64,000 bases of DNA from Candidatus Latescibacterota bacterium. Lineage in GTDB: Bacteria > Latescibacterota > UBA2968. The notes below the pieces were generated by a model. That model saw nothing but the letters and a program-made list of their open reading frames with translations. It searched no databases and was not told the origin of the DNA. Position numbers and translations under genes: made by a program. The stretch spans positions 7,168,001-7,232,000 of the forward strand of contig OZ240241.1 in NCBI GenBank assembly GCA_965198115.1. Reading direction: 5' to 3'. Positions 52,945 through 63,588 of the stretch are shown one piece after another; the stretch's first letter is position 1; every line of letters starts with the position of its first letter.

Positions 52945-54332
52945 GGTCAAGTCCCATAGTCAGTTGAAACTCATCGGGCTCCGTGGTATTCATGCTCTCT
53001 GCCGAGCATCTTGATTGTCGCCGAGATTCAGGTTGTTTTTCAGTGCTTGCCTGAGCAGCGGGAGGTGTTTGTATCCGCTCACGCGTCGCAGGCGTGGTTC
53101 GATGTCGAGGAGTGCGGCCGCGACCCATCTGTGTCGCTGAGGAGAGTTGTTCCAGCGGTTGACCTTCCGTATCAGGTTGCCGGTCATGCTGTTGAGCGCC
53201 TCGATGCAATTGGTGGTTCGGAAGCTTCGCTTCAAGAACGGGAGCATCCCCAGCCGGTGGAGGGTCAGGGTTTCCTCCAGTCCTTCCTCGAGGCTTGCCA
53301 CGGCAGACTGATTCATCAGCTTGAGTTCGGGTTTGAGTGATTCGAGTGCGGCCTTTGCCTCCTCGTAGGTGTCGCAGTCATAGGCTTTCTGAAGTTTCCG
53401 TCGAACTCTTGGACGTTCTGCCTCCGGGAGGTAGCTGACGACGTTCTCGCGCTTGTGCCACTGACAGCGATGCACGCACACATCCCCTTTGAGGGCTTTG
53501 GTGACGGCACTGCGGAGTCCCTTTGAGCCGTCCAGCACAACGAGAAGGCCCTGGTTGTAGCACAGGCCTCTCCGGATGAGATCCTGGATCAGCTGACGGC
53601 AGATCCGTTCGTTCTCCGTCGCCGATTCGACGAAGCCCAGGGGGATCTTCTGGCCGTCCGTCGTGACGCCCGGAGCGATCACGATCTCTTCGTCGGCAAA
53701 GCTCTTTCCGTCGATGAACAGGGCGACCAAGTCGTAGTCGTCGAGCGGTCGTTCCTGGAACTGCTTCAGCTTCTTTGCGGTGGCTTTGATGAACCGTCGC
53801 GAGACGGAGGATGCCGAGATTCCGAACGCTTCGGGTACCGACTCTGCACAGGCTCTGTAGTTGCGACAGGAGATTCCCTTGAGCACACGAAGCAGCAGCT
53901 TCTCATCCATCGCTCTGGGCCTCTGCATCCCCCGGTATGCGGCCAGAGAAACCTCCGTATCGGACTCGACGTCGCGCACACGGGGAACGGCCACCGGCAG
54001 CTTCTGGTCCATCAGATACACGGACCCTTTCTGGCTTCCCCATCGACGATGCGACTGCTCTGAACCCTTACGCGCATACCGAACGCCTGCGAGCTGCTCC
54101 ACCTCCTGCTGGAGCACGTCGGCAACGGCCTCCAGACCCAGCGGAATCAGCGCCCGGATCACCGATAAACGCGTCTCCAAATCCATAACGTCTGACCCAA
54201 CCTTGACTTCGCCATCCCCTGCAAATAGCTTCTCCATCGTGGGCTCCTTTCTTACGGGTACACGCTCTCACACGTCTACCCACAACGTAAGTTTGGAGCC
54301 CTTTAAGTTTCAACTAGGATAGGGACCTCACC
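52945..54332 (-). mobile_element. Second, distinct IS256-family element
   Basis: 26-bp IRs GGTCAAGTCCCATAGTCAGTTGAAAC and GGTGAGGTCCCTATCCTAGTTGAAAC (rc). Confidence 0.85.
52990..54237 (-). CDS. IS256-family transposase
   Basis: Motifs ALFIDGK, LDGSKGL, HRCQWHKREN and RTTNCIEALN. Confidence 0.9.
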   Translation of the reverse strand: MEKLFAGDGEVKVGSDVMDLETRLSVIRALIPLGLEAVADVLQQEVEQLAGVRYARKGSEQSHRRWGSQKGSVYLMDQKLPVAVPRVRDVESDTEVSLAAYRGMQRPRAMDEKLLLRVLKGISCRNYRACAESVPEAFGISASSVSRRFIKATAKKLKQFQERPLDDYDLVALFIDGKSFADEEIVIAPGVTTDGQKIPLGFVESATENERICRQLIQDLIRRGLCYNQGLLVVLDGSKGLRSAVTKALKGDVCVHRCQWHKRENVVSYLPEAERPRVRRKLQKAYDCDTYEEAKAALESLKPELKLMNQSAVASLEEGLEETLTLHRLGMLPFLKRSFRTTNCIEALNSMTGNLIRKVNRWNNSPQRHRWVAAALLDIEPRLRRVSGYKHLPLLRQALKNNLNLGDNQDARQRA

Positions 54333-54373
54333 GCCCGAAGTGCGGGCATGATCTTACGAAACTTGTCTGTGAG

Positions 54374-54667
54374 ATGAAGGACAAGAGAGAACTCATCTGT
54401 CCGGGCTGCGGAAGCATCGGATCGGTGATATTCCAGGACTCCACCGGGGCCACCAGCAAGAGCGCGTCGGAGGTCGCAGACGACATTCTCGGGAAGCTTG
54501 ACGCTATCGTTAGACGGAAGAATGGGGCGATCTCAGCTCTTCAACTTCCGCCATCAGGAAAAACGGTAATGGACAGTGTGAAATCAGACATCAATAACTC
54601 GGTGGTCATCGTTGAGCCTCGGTATGTTATGTTTTTAGCCATCTCGTTCCTCCCGAGCCCGAAATGA
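54374..54667 (+). CDS. Small hypothetical protein with a CPxCG knuckle
   Basis: ICPGCGS near the N-terminus; may be a chimeric remnant. Confidence 0.35.
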   Translation: MKDKRELICPGCGSIGSVIFQDSTGATSKSASEVADDILGKLDAIVRRKNGAISALQLPPSGKTVMDSVKSDINNSVVIVEPRYVMFLAISFLPSPK

Positions 54668-54735
54668 CCGGGAGGCTTCTATGGGATTGTATATAATCCC
54701 CCCCCCAAGAGTCAAATTCATGAAGGAGAGTCCGC

Positions 54736-54936
54736 ATGCAGTGCATTTGTCCCGTCAAGGATTGCGGTGCGGTAATCAACGTTTCGCCATCGAACGATCC
54801 AGTCGTCACCCGATTGTGTCACAAGTGCGATTCCATTCTCAACATCAGGATGGCTAACGGCAGGGCGTCCAGCATCGAGATCGAATTTTCCCCAAGCCAG
54901 GATTGGAAATCGGGCATAAGGACCAAGGGGACGTGA
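54736..54936 (+). CDS. Small putative zinc-ribbon protein
   Basis: AAGGAG RBS, CPVKDC and CHKC motifs. The stop overlaps the next GTG. Confidence 0.55.
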   Translation: MQCICPVKDCGAVINVSPSNDPVVTRLCHKCDSILNIRMANGRASSIEIEFSPSQDWKSGIRTKGT

Positions 54937-55130
54937 AAAGGGCAAGCCTGCGCGAGGCGGTTCGCCGGTCGGCAGTACCCCCTGCGCTGGATCGAGGTCT
55001 TTTACGAAACGCCCCTGGGCAAGATCCTTCACGGCGACGCTCGCTGCTGGCTCTTCAACGGCGTTCCCGAGAAGTCGGTCGATTTGATCATGACCTCGCC
55101 TCCTTATGGCCTTGTCAGCAAGAAAGGGGG
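54933..55130 (+). pseudogene. N4/N6 DNA methyltransferase (beta class) N-terminal fragment
   Basis: After a frameshift near 55000 reads YETPLGKILHGDA...SVDLIMTSPPYGL, then breaks off. Confidence 0.72.
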
Positions 55131-55415
55131 ATTATTGAGCTGCGTCACATGGCCCGGGCTATGAACTCCAAGCTTATCGGCTGGATCAATAGAAAGGTTG
55201 CGGGCCGGATTCGACGAAGTGTGCCAGCCACGGGCCGTCCGCAGGCTTGTGGGGTTCTCCGGGAACGCAGACCATGTTTAAGCGGACGGGAGTGCATCCT
55301 AGGAGCCTGTCGGGTTACACCCGGAAGCTCGTTGAGATTAAGTCCAGCTGAGTCTGTCAGCGACCGGTTACCTTCGTTTTTTCCTTGAGCCGAGTTCCTC
55401 TTCGGGATCAGGTCA

Positions 55416-57030
55416 CTGGGCAAGACCCTCTGCGTACTTCTCTTCCTGCTCGCACGGGTCCGGAATACTGCACTCCCCACGCGGGTCATTTACATCGTCG
55501 ACAGACGCGCCATCGTAGATCAGACGGCGACCGCAATCCGGACATGGATTGAACGCATTGCCGAGTTGCCAGAACTCGCGGGTGTGCTCGACGCGAGTTC
55601 GGCATTTTCGTCCGATCTTCCCGTCCAGCTCGGCATTCTGCGGGGCGGCTTAGCGGACGATGGGGAGTGGCGAATCGATCCGGCCAGACCGGCGGTCGTG
55701 GTCGGCACTGTCGATATGATCGGTTCCCTCCTGATGTTCTCAGGTTACGGTGACGGACGATCACGCCGGCCGATGCACGCGGGACTTCTTTGCCACGACA
55801 GCCTCGTCATGCTGGACGAAGCCCATTTGTCACCGGCGATGGGGGTACTCATCCACACCATCAATCGGCTCCAAGGCCACCGGAAGTTCCAGACCATGAC
55901 GCTGTCGGCGACGAGCACCGATATCGATACCGAGAGCGTGTTTCAACTCCTTGTCGAGGACAAGGCCAATCCTTCAGTTCGTAGTCGCCTTCACTCGGTC
56001 AAGAGACAGAGTCTCCATCAGGTCGAGAAAACCACTGATCGGATCGGTCGCATTTGCGAGGTGGCCACCGCTCATGAATCTGGCTCCGTCGCGGTGTTTA
56101 CCCGAAGTGTCGCGGATGCCGAGAAGATTGCCGTGAAGCTGATCAGTATGCTCGACGATGGCTCCGAGCGCGTCGCACTACTGACGGGGACGCTCCGCGG
56201 AAAAGAACGCGCCGAGCTGGCAAATGGAACGGTCTGGCGGAGCTTCCTTCCGAATCGGGACCGTGACGCGAGTACAGCCTCCGTCTACCTCGTGATGACC
56301 TCGGCCGGCGAAGTCGGAGTCGATCTGGATGCCGATCACGGTGTCATGGATCTCAGCACTCTCGATTCGATGATTCAGCGCGTTGGCCGAGTGAACCGGA
56401 TGGGCCTGACTGAGGCGGACGTTGCGGTCGTCTTCACGGGGCAAGAGGCGCGGGAGTCACCGCAAGCGCCGAAGATGCACACCCGAAGACTTGCTGCGGC
56501 TCGTACGAAAACACTGGAAGAACTTCGGCGGCTTCCCGACCTTTCTCCAGCGACTCTGGGAGGCCTCGACAAGCAAGTCCTTGAAGAGTGCTTCGTGCCG
56601 CCTTCCCGGCCCGCGCGACTGCACTCGGAAGTGGTCGAGGCATTCGCGGCGACGTCCGCGACACTGCAGCTCCCCCATGTCTCGATCTATCTGCGCGGAG
56701 TGTCGGATCAGCCCGACCCGCCAGAGAGTTTCCTCCTCTGGCGCTGGGACGTGCCGCATCTAGTCCGGCTCGGCAGCGATGCGGCTGCGCAGGCGATCGC
56801 TTTCTTCCGGCCGAGCGCCGATGAGGTCGCTCGTGTCCCGGCACGCCTTGCGAGGGACTTGGTCCTGTCCGCGCTTGAACGTCAAGAGGGGAGGGGCTTC
56901 CTCTGATCGTGGTCGAACCGGGAGGCGATGTCTGTGCTATCTTCTTGAAGCGCAAGGACGAACTCTCTTCGCTCAACTACGCGACTGTTGTTCTGCCAGA
57001 AGAAATAGGACGACTGGTAACGGCAATCGG
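55416..57030 (+). pseudogene. cas3: Type I-G (I-U) CRISPR-associated helicase Cas3 remnant
   Basis: Motifs LGKT, RVIYIVDRRAIVDQ, VVGTVDMIGS..FSGYG, LDEAHL, TSAGEVGVDLDAD and QRVGRVNR. 5'-truncated, frameshift near 56900, no HD domain seen. Confidence 0.85.
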
Positions 57031-57044
57031 AGTGTGGTCAATAA
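56999..57044 (+). repeat. 46-bp direct repeat, copy B
   Basis: 45/46 identical to 48440-48485. Confidence 0.9.
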
Positions 57045-57476
57045 CCCCGCACATGACTCATTTGGACCGGGCAGTCTGCCAAGGGCTTTCCCGATCGGAA
57101 GCAAAAGCTGGCGATTGGTCGAGGGCGGCGACCACCGCACTCTGGAGGACCTCCTCGGTGGGTGCACCGCTACGGCACGATGGGGCGGTGAGGAGGGCAA
57201 GCAGCAGGAGAGGTCGTCCCGTTCGGTGAGCCTCGTCAGGCGACGGACGCCCCCGCCCGATGGCTGCCGACTCCACGGTCGCTTCCAAGCACCCTGGTTA
57301 CACGGTGCAACTGATGGAAAGTAGCGGGAAAGGGGCCGTACGGCGACGGTACGTGCTCACTCGAGCGCCCGCGAGGCCCGGGATGGGAAGCGTTCCGGTC
57401 GTCCAGGACGCCGGATGGTACGACCCCGCCTTGCATCCTCCGGCCCGTCGCGTCCATTCCCTGGAAACCGTGTCTC

Positions 57477-60400
57477 CTACCACCGCACGGTGGCCCGGCC
57501 CAGGACCCCGTTGTCCGTGCCGCCCAGCAGCGGGTTCTCCCGGCGCTGCGCGTCGACGCCCAGCTCGAAGCCCAACGAGTCCCGCTCCAGCAGGGTCATG
57601 CCGTAGCCCAGCCGGTAGTCCCGCCCGTACTCCGAGGTCGCGACCCCGAACCGCGGCGTGCCGACCAGCCGGCTCCCGACCGGCAGCCCGTAGCCCAGTT
57701 CGGCCTGCAGGCGGTTGCCAGCTGACGCGCCGCCGTGCGCCATTCCCGCCATCGTCTCGCACCCCCACAGCGCCTCGGCTCCGCTCGTAGCCTGTCCGCC
57801 CCAGGACGGGGTCACTCGCCAGAAAGAGCCCAGCGGCGTCTGGGGCGTCGGGTTGTAGCTGAACGACACCGACACGCCCCGCTCCCGGAACCCTTCCGCC
57901 TCGTGCACCAGCAGCATCCGGACCCGCACGTCGGCCGACAGTCCGCTCAGAGTGTCCGATACGATCAGCCCGCCGCCGATATCCACACCGGCGCCCGTCT
58001 CGGCGTCTCCGCCGTCGCGCCGCAGTCCGACCTCCAGTCTGGGCTCAAGCGACAACCTGCGCTTGATGCTGTAGCCGCGCGAGGCCTCCAGCCCGGTCCG
58101 GAAACGGGTTACCGTGGCTGCGGTCGCCGCCAGCCGGCCCGCCGGACCCTCCACGCCTTCGATGCCCGTGCCGACCCACAGCGCATCGGCCTTGAAGGCC
58201 AGCCCGAAGCCACCCACCACCGAATCCGCCAGCTCGCCCCGCAGGCCGCCCGCCGCCATGGCCATCGACAATCCGCTCTTGAGCGTTGTTCCCTCACCCG
58301 GTGTCAACTACAGCGCGCCCTTGCCGTATCCGGTCACGCCCCACAGCGTGATCCGGTCGGTCACCTTGTAGCCCAGCCAGGGGTAGAGGCCCGTCACCGA
58401 CGAGGTCACCACGCCGGCGTCGGCTCCCGAGTAGCCGCCCCGCCCCCGGCTGTGCGCCAGAGACAGGCCCACCAGCAGCGGACCGGTCGCATAGTCGGCG
58501 CCGAACATGGTCGTGCGACCCCGGCCGTCGAGCGACAGATCGCCTTCGCGGCCATAGAACTGCGACTGCACCCCCCGGCTCCAGAACGACAGGATGCCGC
58601 CGCTGCCGGTCTCGCGGTTGAGCGCGAAGGACGAGCCGGTGAGCAGGCTGTCGCCGCCGAATCCCATCGAGCCGAGTCCCATGTCGAGCCGGCCGCCGCC
58701 CGAAGGCCCCGGCCTCCCGAGCATTGCGCCGCCAGCCGGCGAGCCGGCCATCGGAGTGTCAGGGCCCGCACCGTATCGGTTCGCGCCGCCCAGGCCGCCG
58801 AGCCGGTTCAGGAAGCCAAGCGCCACCTCGCGCTCCATCCCCCGCCGCAGCTCCCGGCCCGCCACCCGGCCCTCGAAACCCGTCCGGCGCGGCGCCTGGA
58901 TCCGTTCCTCCACCTGCTCGACCACCTGCACCGCCACCGTCCGCCCGAACCGTGCCATGAACGCCTTCGGCAGCGGGTCCCGGTTCTCGATCGTCCCGGT
59001 CGCCTCGCCGTCGGTCAGCCGGCCCCCCACGGGGTTCGAGAGCCGCAGCGTCAACGTCTCCTCGCCCTCGTCGTGGGAGTCGTCCAGCACCGCCACCTCG
59101 ATCGTCTTCGAGGTCTCGCCGGCTGGAAACCTCAGCGTGCCGCTGGTGGCCGTGTAGTCCTCCCCCGCCGTCGCCGTGCCGTTGGCCGTGGCGTAGTCCA
59201 CCGTCACCGTGCCGCCCGCCGCGCGATCCAGCGTCACCCCGAAGGCCAGCACCGCGCCGTCGTCTTCTTCCACCTGCGCATCGGCCACCGAGATGGCCGC
59301 CGCGACGGCCACCGTCGCCGTCAGCGAATGCGACAGCGGTCGTCCGTCGCCGGTGCACACCGCGCCGCTCGCGGCGCAGTCCCGCGTCTCCGGCAACCGG
59401 ATCGTCAACGGCTCCGGCGCCGGCGCGACCGTCATCTCCCACAGGTCGCGGCGGCCGTCCACCCGCCGCGCTCCGGTGATGTCGCCGTTCGTCAACGTGA
59501 ACGACGTGTCGCGTAGCGTCTTGTAGCTGATCCTGATCTCGTCGCTGAACTCCACCCGGAAGCGGAACGTCCCCTGGCCGGCGTGCTCGCTCGGCATGCC
59601 GCTGAAGCTGGCCGTCAGCGGCTCCGCCGCCGCGGCGACGGCATCGGTCGCCGCGCTGGTGAGGCTCTCCTCGTTGCCGGCATCGTCGATGAAGCTCACC
59701 CGGACCTTCAGCTTCTTGCCCTCGTCGTCGGCCGTCGCCGTGTAGGTGGATCCGGTCGCTCCCTGAACGTCGGTGTCCGTGCGGATCCACTGGTAGGCAA
59801 AACTCGCGTTGTCCAGCCCGTCGGCGTCGGAGATGCCCGACGTCGAGGCGGTCAGCTCCTCGCCAACCTGCGGCGTCCCGCGGATCGCCGGCGCCCCGGT
59901 TGCCGCCGTGTTTCGCTCCGCCTCGGCCGCCGGACCGGCCACCGTTGCCGACGGGCTGTTGGTCAGCGGCCGCCGGTTCTCCCCCTTGGCGCAGATCGCC
60001 CCGGACGTCGCGCAGTCCCGCCCGCCCGGCAGCTTGATCGTCACCGCCCCGGCCCCGTCGGGCTGCACCGTGATCTCGAACAGGTCGCGCCGGTCGTCCA
60101 CCCGCGTGCCCCGCGTCACCCGGCCACCGGTCACCACGAATGCGTCCTCGCGCAACGCCCGGTAGCTGATCCCGATGTCCTCGCTGAACGCCACCCGGAA
60201 GCGGAAGGCGCTCTCGCCGTCGTGCCCAGCGGGCACGTCCTCGAACGCCGCGGTCAGCGCGGACCGGCTCGCGTCCTGGACATCGCCCAGGACGATCGTC
60301 AGCAGCCCGGTGGACAGCTCCGTGCCGTCCGCCGTGCAGATGGCGCCCGCCTCGGCGCAGGCCCGCCCCACCGGCAGCTCGATCTCGATATCGCCGGCGC

Positions 60401-63400
60401 CCGACGGGGTCACCGTGAAGCGCCACAGGTCATCCCGGCCGTCCACGCGCGCGGCGTCGGTCACCGCGCCGCCGGTCACCCTGAGCGCGTGGTCGCGCAT
60501 GTCGCCGGCGGCGCTCTCGAGCTCCCGCACCTGCACCGTTACCCCCGGCAGCGACTGCTCGAAGTCGTAGTTCGATTGCGCAGTGCCCTGGGTGTCCGTC
60601 GTCGTGCCCGAGGCCTCGTGCTCCAGCCTCGCCGTCCCCGACGCCGACGCGGCGGCGCGCACCGTCACCGTCTGGCGCCGGAACCAGTTCTCCTTCGTGA
60701 ACCGGATGGCCGGCGACGCCGTCACCCCGGCCGTGTCCGAGCTCGCCTCTATCGTCAGCGGATTCGTGGTGGTGACCCTTGAGTCGAGCCCGGCCATCAG
60801 GCGCACCTGATAGGTCGCCGTGCCTCCCGCCGGAACCTCCAGGACCGCGTCCGTCTCGCCGCCCGCCACCTGGAGCTTCCTGCGCCCTACCCGGTCCACC
60901 CGCAGCTCCGTCAAATCCGGCAGCACCTCGAGCTCGTCGTAGGGTAGCGAGCGCAGCGACGGGTTCTTGTACAGCAGCAGCTTCTCGAGCGACCGCAGGC
61001 CCGAGAACACTCCCGCCGGCAGCGACCCCAGCCGGTTGTTGTTCAGGCGCAGCGTCTCCAGGTCCGTCAACCCGTCGAACACCCCCGCCGGCAGCGACCG
61101 CAGCCCGGTGTCGGCCAGGTCCAGCTCGACGAGATTCCACAGGCCCTCGAAGTCGTCCTGCCGCAGGCGCATCGTGAACGCCGACTCGGTGGACGGATTG
61201 CGGCGCAGGTCGAGCGACGTCAGCTTCGCCAGCTCCGTCTCGGTCACCGCGCCGCAGCCGCCCTTGTAGCTGTGGCGGTACTTCAGCAGCGTCAGGATGC
61301 GGTCGCGCACGCGCGCCGTGCGGCCGCAGATGCCGCGGACCGTGTAGCTGCCCGTCTCGACCTCGTTCGAGGCCGGCGACCAGGCGCTCGCCTCCGCACG
61401 GTACAGCGACCGTACGCGCACCCGGTGGGGGGTGGTTCACCGCCAGCCCGGTGATGGTGGCGGTGGTCCCGGCGCCCTCGTGGGGCCAGTCGGTCCACGC
61501 CCCGCCTGTCTCCCGGTACTGCACGTCGTAGCCGGTCAGCGCCGCGGCGGCGCCCAGCGCCGGCTCGGTCCAGCTCACGTCCAGGCTCGTGAGCGAGCCG
61601 TGGGTCGCGGTCAGCTCCGGACGCACGGGCGCTTCCGGCGGCCCATCGTCGTCGCGGATGGTGATGGTATGTTCGCGCGCGTCGGAGCTCGTTGTCGAGA
61701 TTTCGAACACGATGGTCTCGTCCGCCTCGCGATCCGCGTCGTTGACGATACACGGATGTTGAAGCGATGCCGCGCCACGTAGGCCGTCCTGGCCGCATTG
61801 GGGGAGAACGCCGAGACCGGCACGATGGCGATGAGTACCGCGCCGCTGATCGGTGGGGGTGGGGTGTAGTCGTCGCCGGACGTGGCTGTTTCCGCCGGCC
61901 GCCGCCGATACAATACGTTCGCGTCGATCACCGGGGCGGTGTTCTGCCGGGTCGTGAGCGTGACGGTCACGGCCGCCGTCCCCGCGCTCTCGCTCACCTC
62001 CGCCGGTGCGTCGATCGCCATGTCCTGGGGAAGGTCCTCATCGTCGTTGATGATGGTCAGAGTCACGTCGTCGGGGTCCGCTATGGCCGCGTTCGACACG
62101 GCGCCGGAGATCGTCACCAGGTCGGTCGGCTCGGGGTCGTCTCTGTCGACCACCCGGACGTTCACAGTCCCGGTGCTCGCGGTGGCGTTCGCGGCGAAGC
62201 TCAGCACCCGGTTGGTGCTCAGCGTGAAGTCGTCGGCCGTCGCCGGCGCCACAGGGTCCGCCGAAACCGTCACCGTGAAGGCTACCGGCGAGGCCGGCGA
62301 CGCCGTCGCCGTCACCGTCACGTTGCCGACGTTCTCGAAGACGAGGCCATCCTCATCGCTGAGCTGCAGCGTCACCTCCAGGGGCGGGATCGTCACCGTG
62401 CCCCGGACTTCCATTCGGAGGTTGTTCACCACATTCATTGTACTCCAAGAAACTCCATTCCAATGATGCCTTCCATTGCGGATGCTGAATCCTTGCGTAG
62501 TCGTTTCACTGTTGGACTCGGTTATTGCAGCCGTGTAGTTACCGCTGATATCGCTTCCCGCGTCAGTCAGTACGACATAGTATTTTGTATTCGCCGCGAG
62601 GCTGAGGCCGTCGCCCGGAGCGGTGAACGTACGGTTGCCTGCGGCTGCCGGGTTGTGTCCGATCGGATCCGCAGGGTTCGTGAGCGTGATCAGTCGGGTT
62701 CCGGGATTTCCGGAACTGTCGTCAGCGTGAATCGCTGCGTGAACTACAGAGCTGCCGTTTTTTTGGGGCAAATTCAGTACGACGCTTGTGAGCGTGTACC
62801 CGGCCCCGTTGGACCCCGTCGTGAATTGCTGGGCAGCTCTATTCTCCCTTGACACTATCCCGGGAATAACCTCTTCCCCTCCGAGTCGAATAGAGATGGT
62901 ACCGTCGTGCTGTTCCCCAATATTCGAGACGAGCGCTATCTCCTGCGCCTGGCTCTCTCCGGTCGGCAGCAGCACTGCGCACGCGACCATCAGCGCGTAG
63001 CCGAGTGCACGCGCAACGATCCCGCCGCGGCCGGCGGCGGTAACGACGGTTCTGGAGGGGGGATTTGCGCCCCGGCGGGGCGGGATCAGGTCAGGCCGTG
63101 ATGGCGGGCAACAGCACTCGCGCGCGTGAGATGAACGATATACTTCTATGGTGCCATCTACATTGGATTCCAACAGCACTCGCGCGCGTGAGATGAACGA
63201 TATACTTCTATGGTGCCATCTACATTGGATTCCAACAGCACTCGCGCGCGTGAGATGAACGATATACTTCTATGGTGCCATCTACATTGGATTCCAACAG
63301 CACTCGCGCGCGTGAGATGAACTTACACGCTCGGTGCTCGGTGCTCGGTGCTCGGTGCTCGGTGCTCGGTGCTCGGTGCTCGGTGCTCGGTGCTCGGTGC

Positions 63401-63588
63401 TCGGTGCTCGGTGCTCGGTGCTCGGTGCTCGGTGCTCGGTGCTCGGTGCTCGGTGCTCGGTGCTCGGTGCTCGGTGCTCGGTGCTCGGTGCTCGGTGCTC
63501 GGTGCTCGGTGCTCGGTGCTCGGTGCTCGTCTATGATAGCCGAGTCAGAACGCTCGTTGGATGTCAAGACTTTTTTCGAGTATCCCAT
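57477..63588 (-). CDS. Large modular autotransporter/adhesin: choice-of-anchor-R-like, Calx-beta, Fn3, LRR, Cys-containing repeats, autotransporter barrel; currently interrupted
   Basis: Pieces 57477-58307, 58308-61421, about 61425-61745 and 61611-63179 join across a TAG at 58308-58310 and two frameshifts. LRR LRSLPAGVF repeats, Calx-beta VDYATANGTATAGEDY, barrel ending ATVRW. Probable true ATG at 63588 with GGAGG RBS. Confidence 0.8.
63109..63322. repeat. 62-bp perfect tandem repeat (3 full units plus 28 bp), equivalent to a 28-bp palindromic unit x4 with identical 34-bp inserts x3
   Basis: CAACAGCACTCGCGCGCGTGAGATGAAC at 63109, 63171, 63233 and 63295, separated by GATATACTTCTATGGTGCCATCTACATTGGATTC. 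Confidence 0.95.
63329..63529. repeat. Heptanucleotide simple sequence repeat (GCTCGGT)28
   Basis: 28 perfect units at 63329-63524 plus GCTCG; encodes (EHRAPST)n in the adhesin leader. Confidence 0.97.

Noticed and set aside
55135-55195. Group II intron or retroelement
   Set aside because: Only about 18 codons of maturase-like sequence; no RT domain or intron structure in the window.
57735-60782. Long plus-strand and alternate-frame ORFs over the adhesin (593, 555 and 399 aa)
   Set aside because: Shadow ORFs of very GC-rich coding DNA, Arg/Pro/Gly-rich with no motifs. The same applies to 26735-28411 and similar antisense ORFs.
63109-63322. Functional CRISPR array belonging to the cas3 remnant
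   Set aside because: All spacers are identical, there is no cas1/cas2/Cascade in the window, and the repeat is shorter than typical I-G repeats. Kept only as a CRISPR-like hypothesis.
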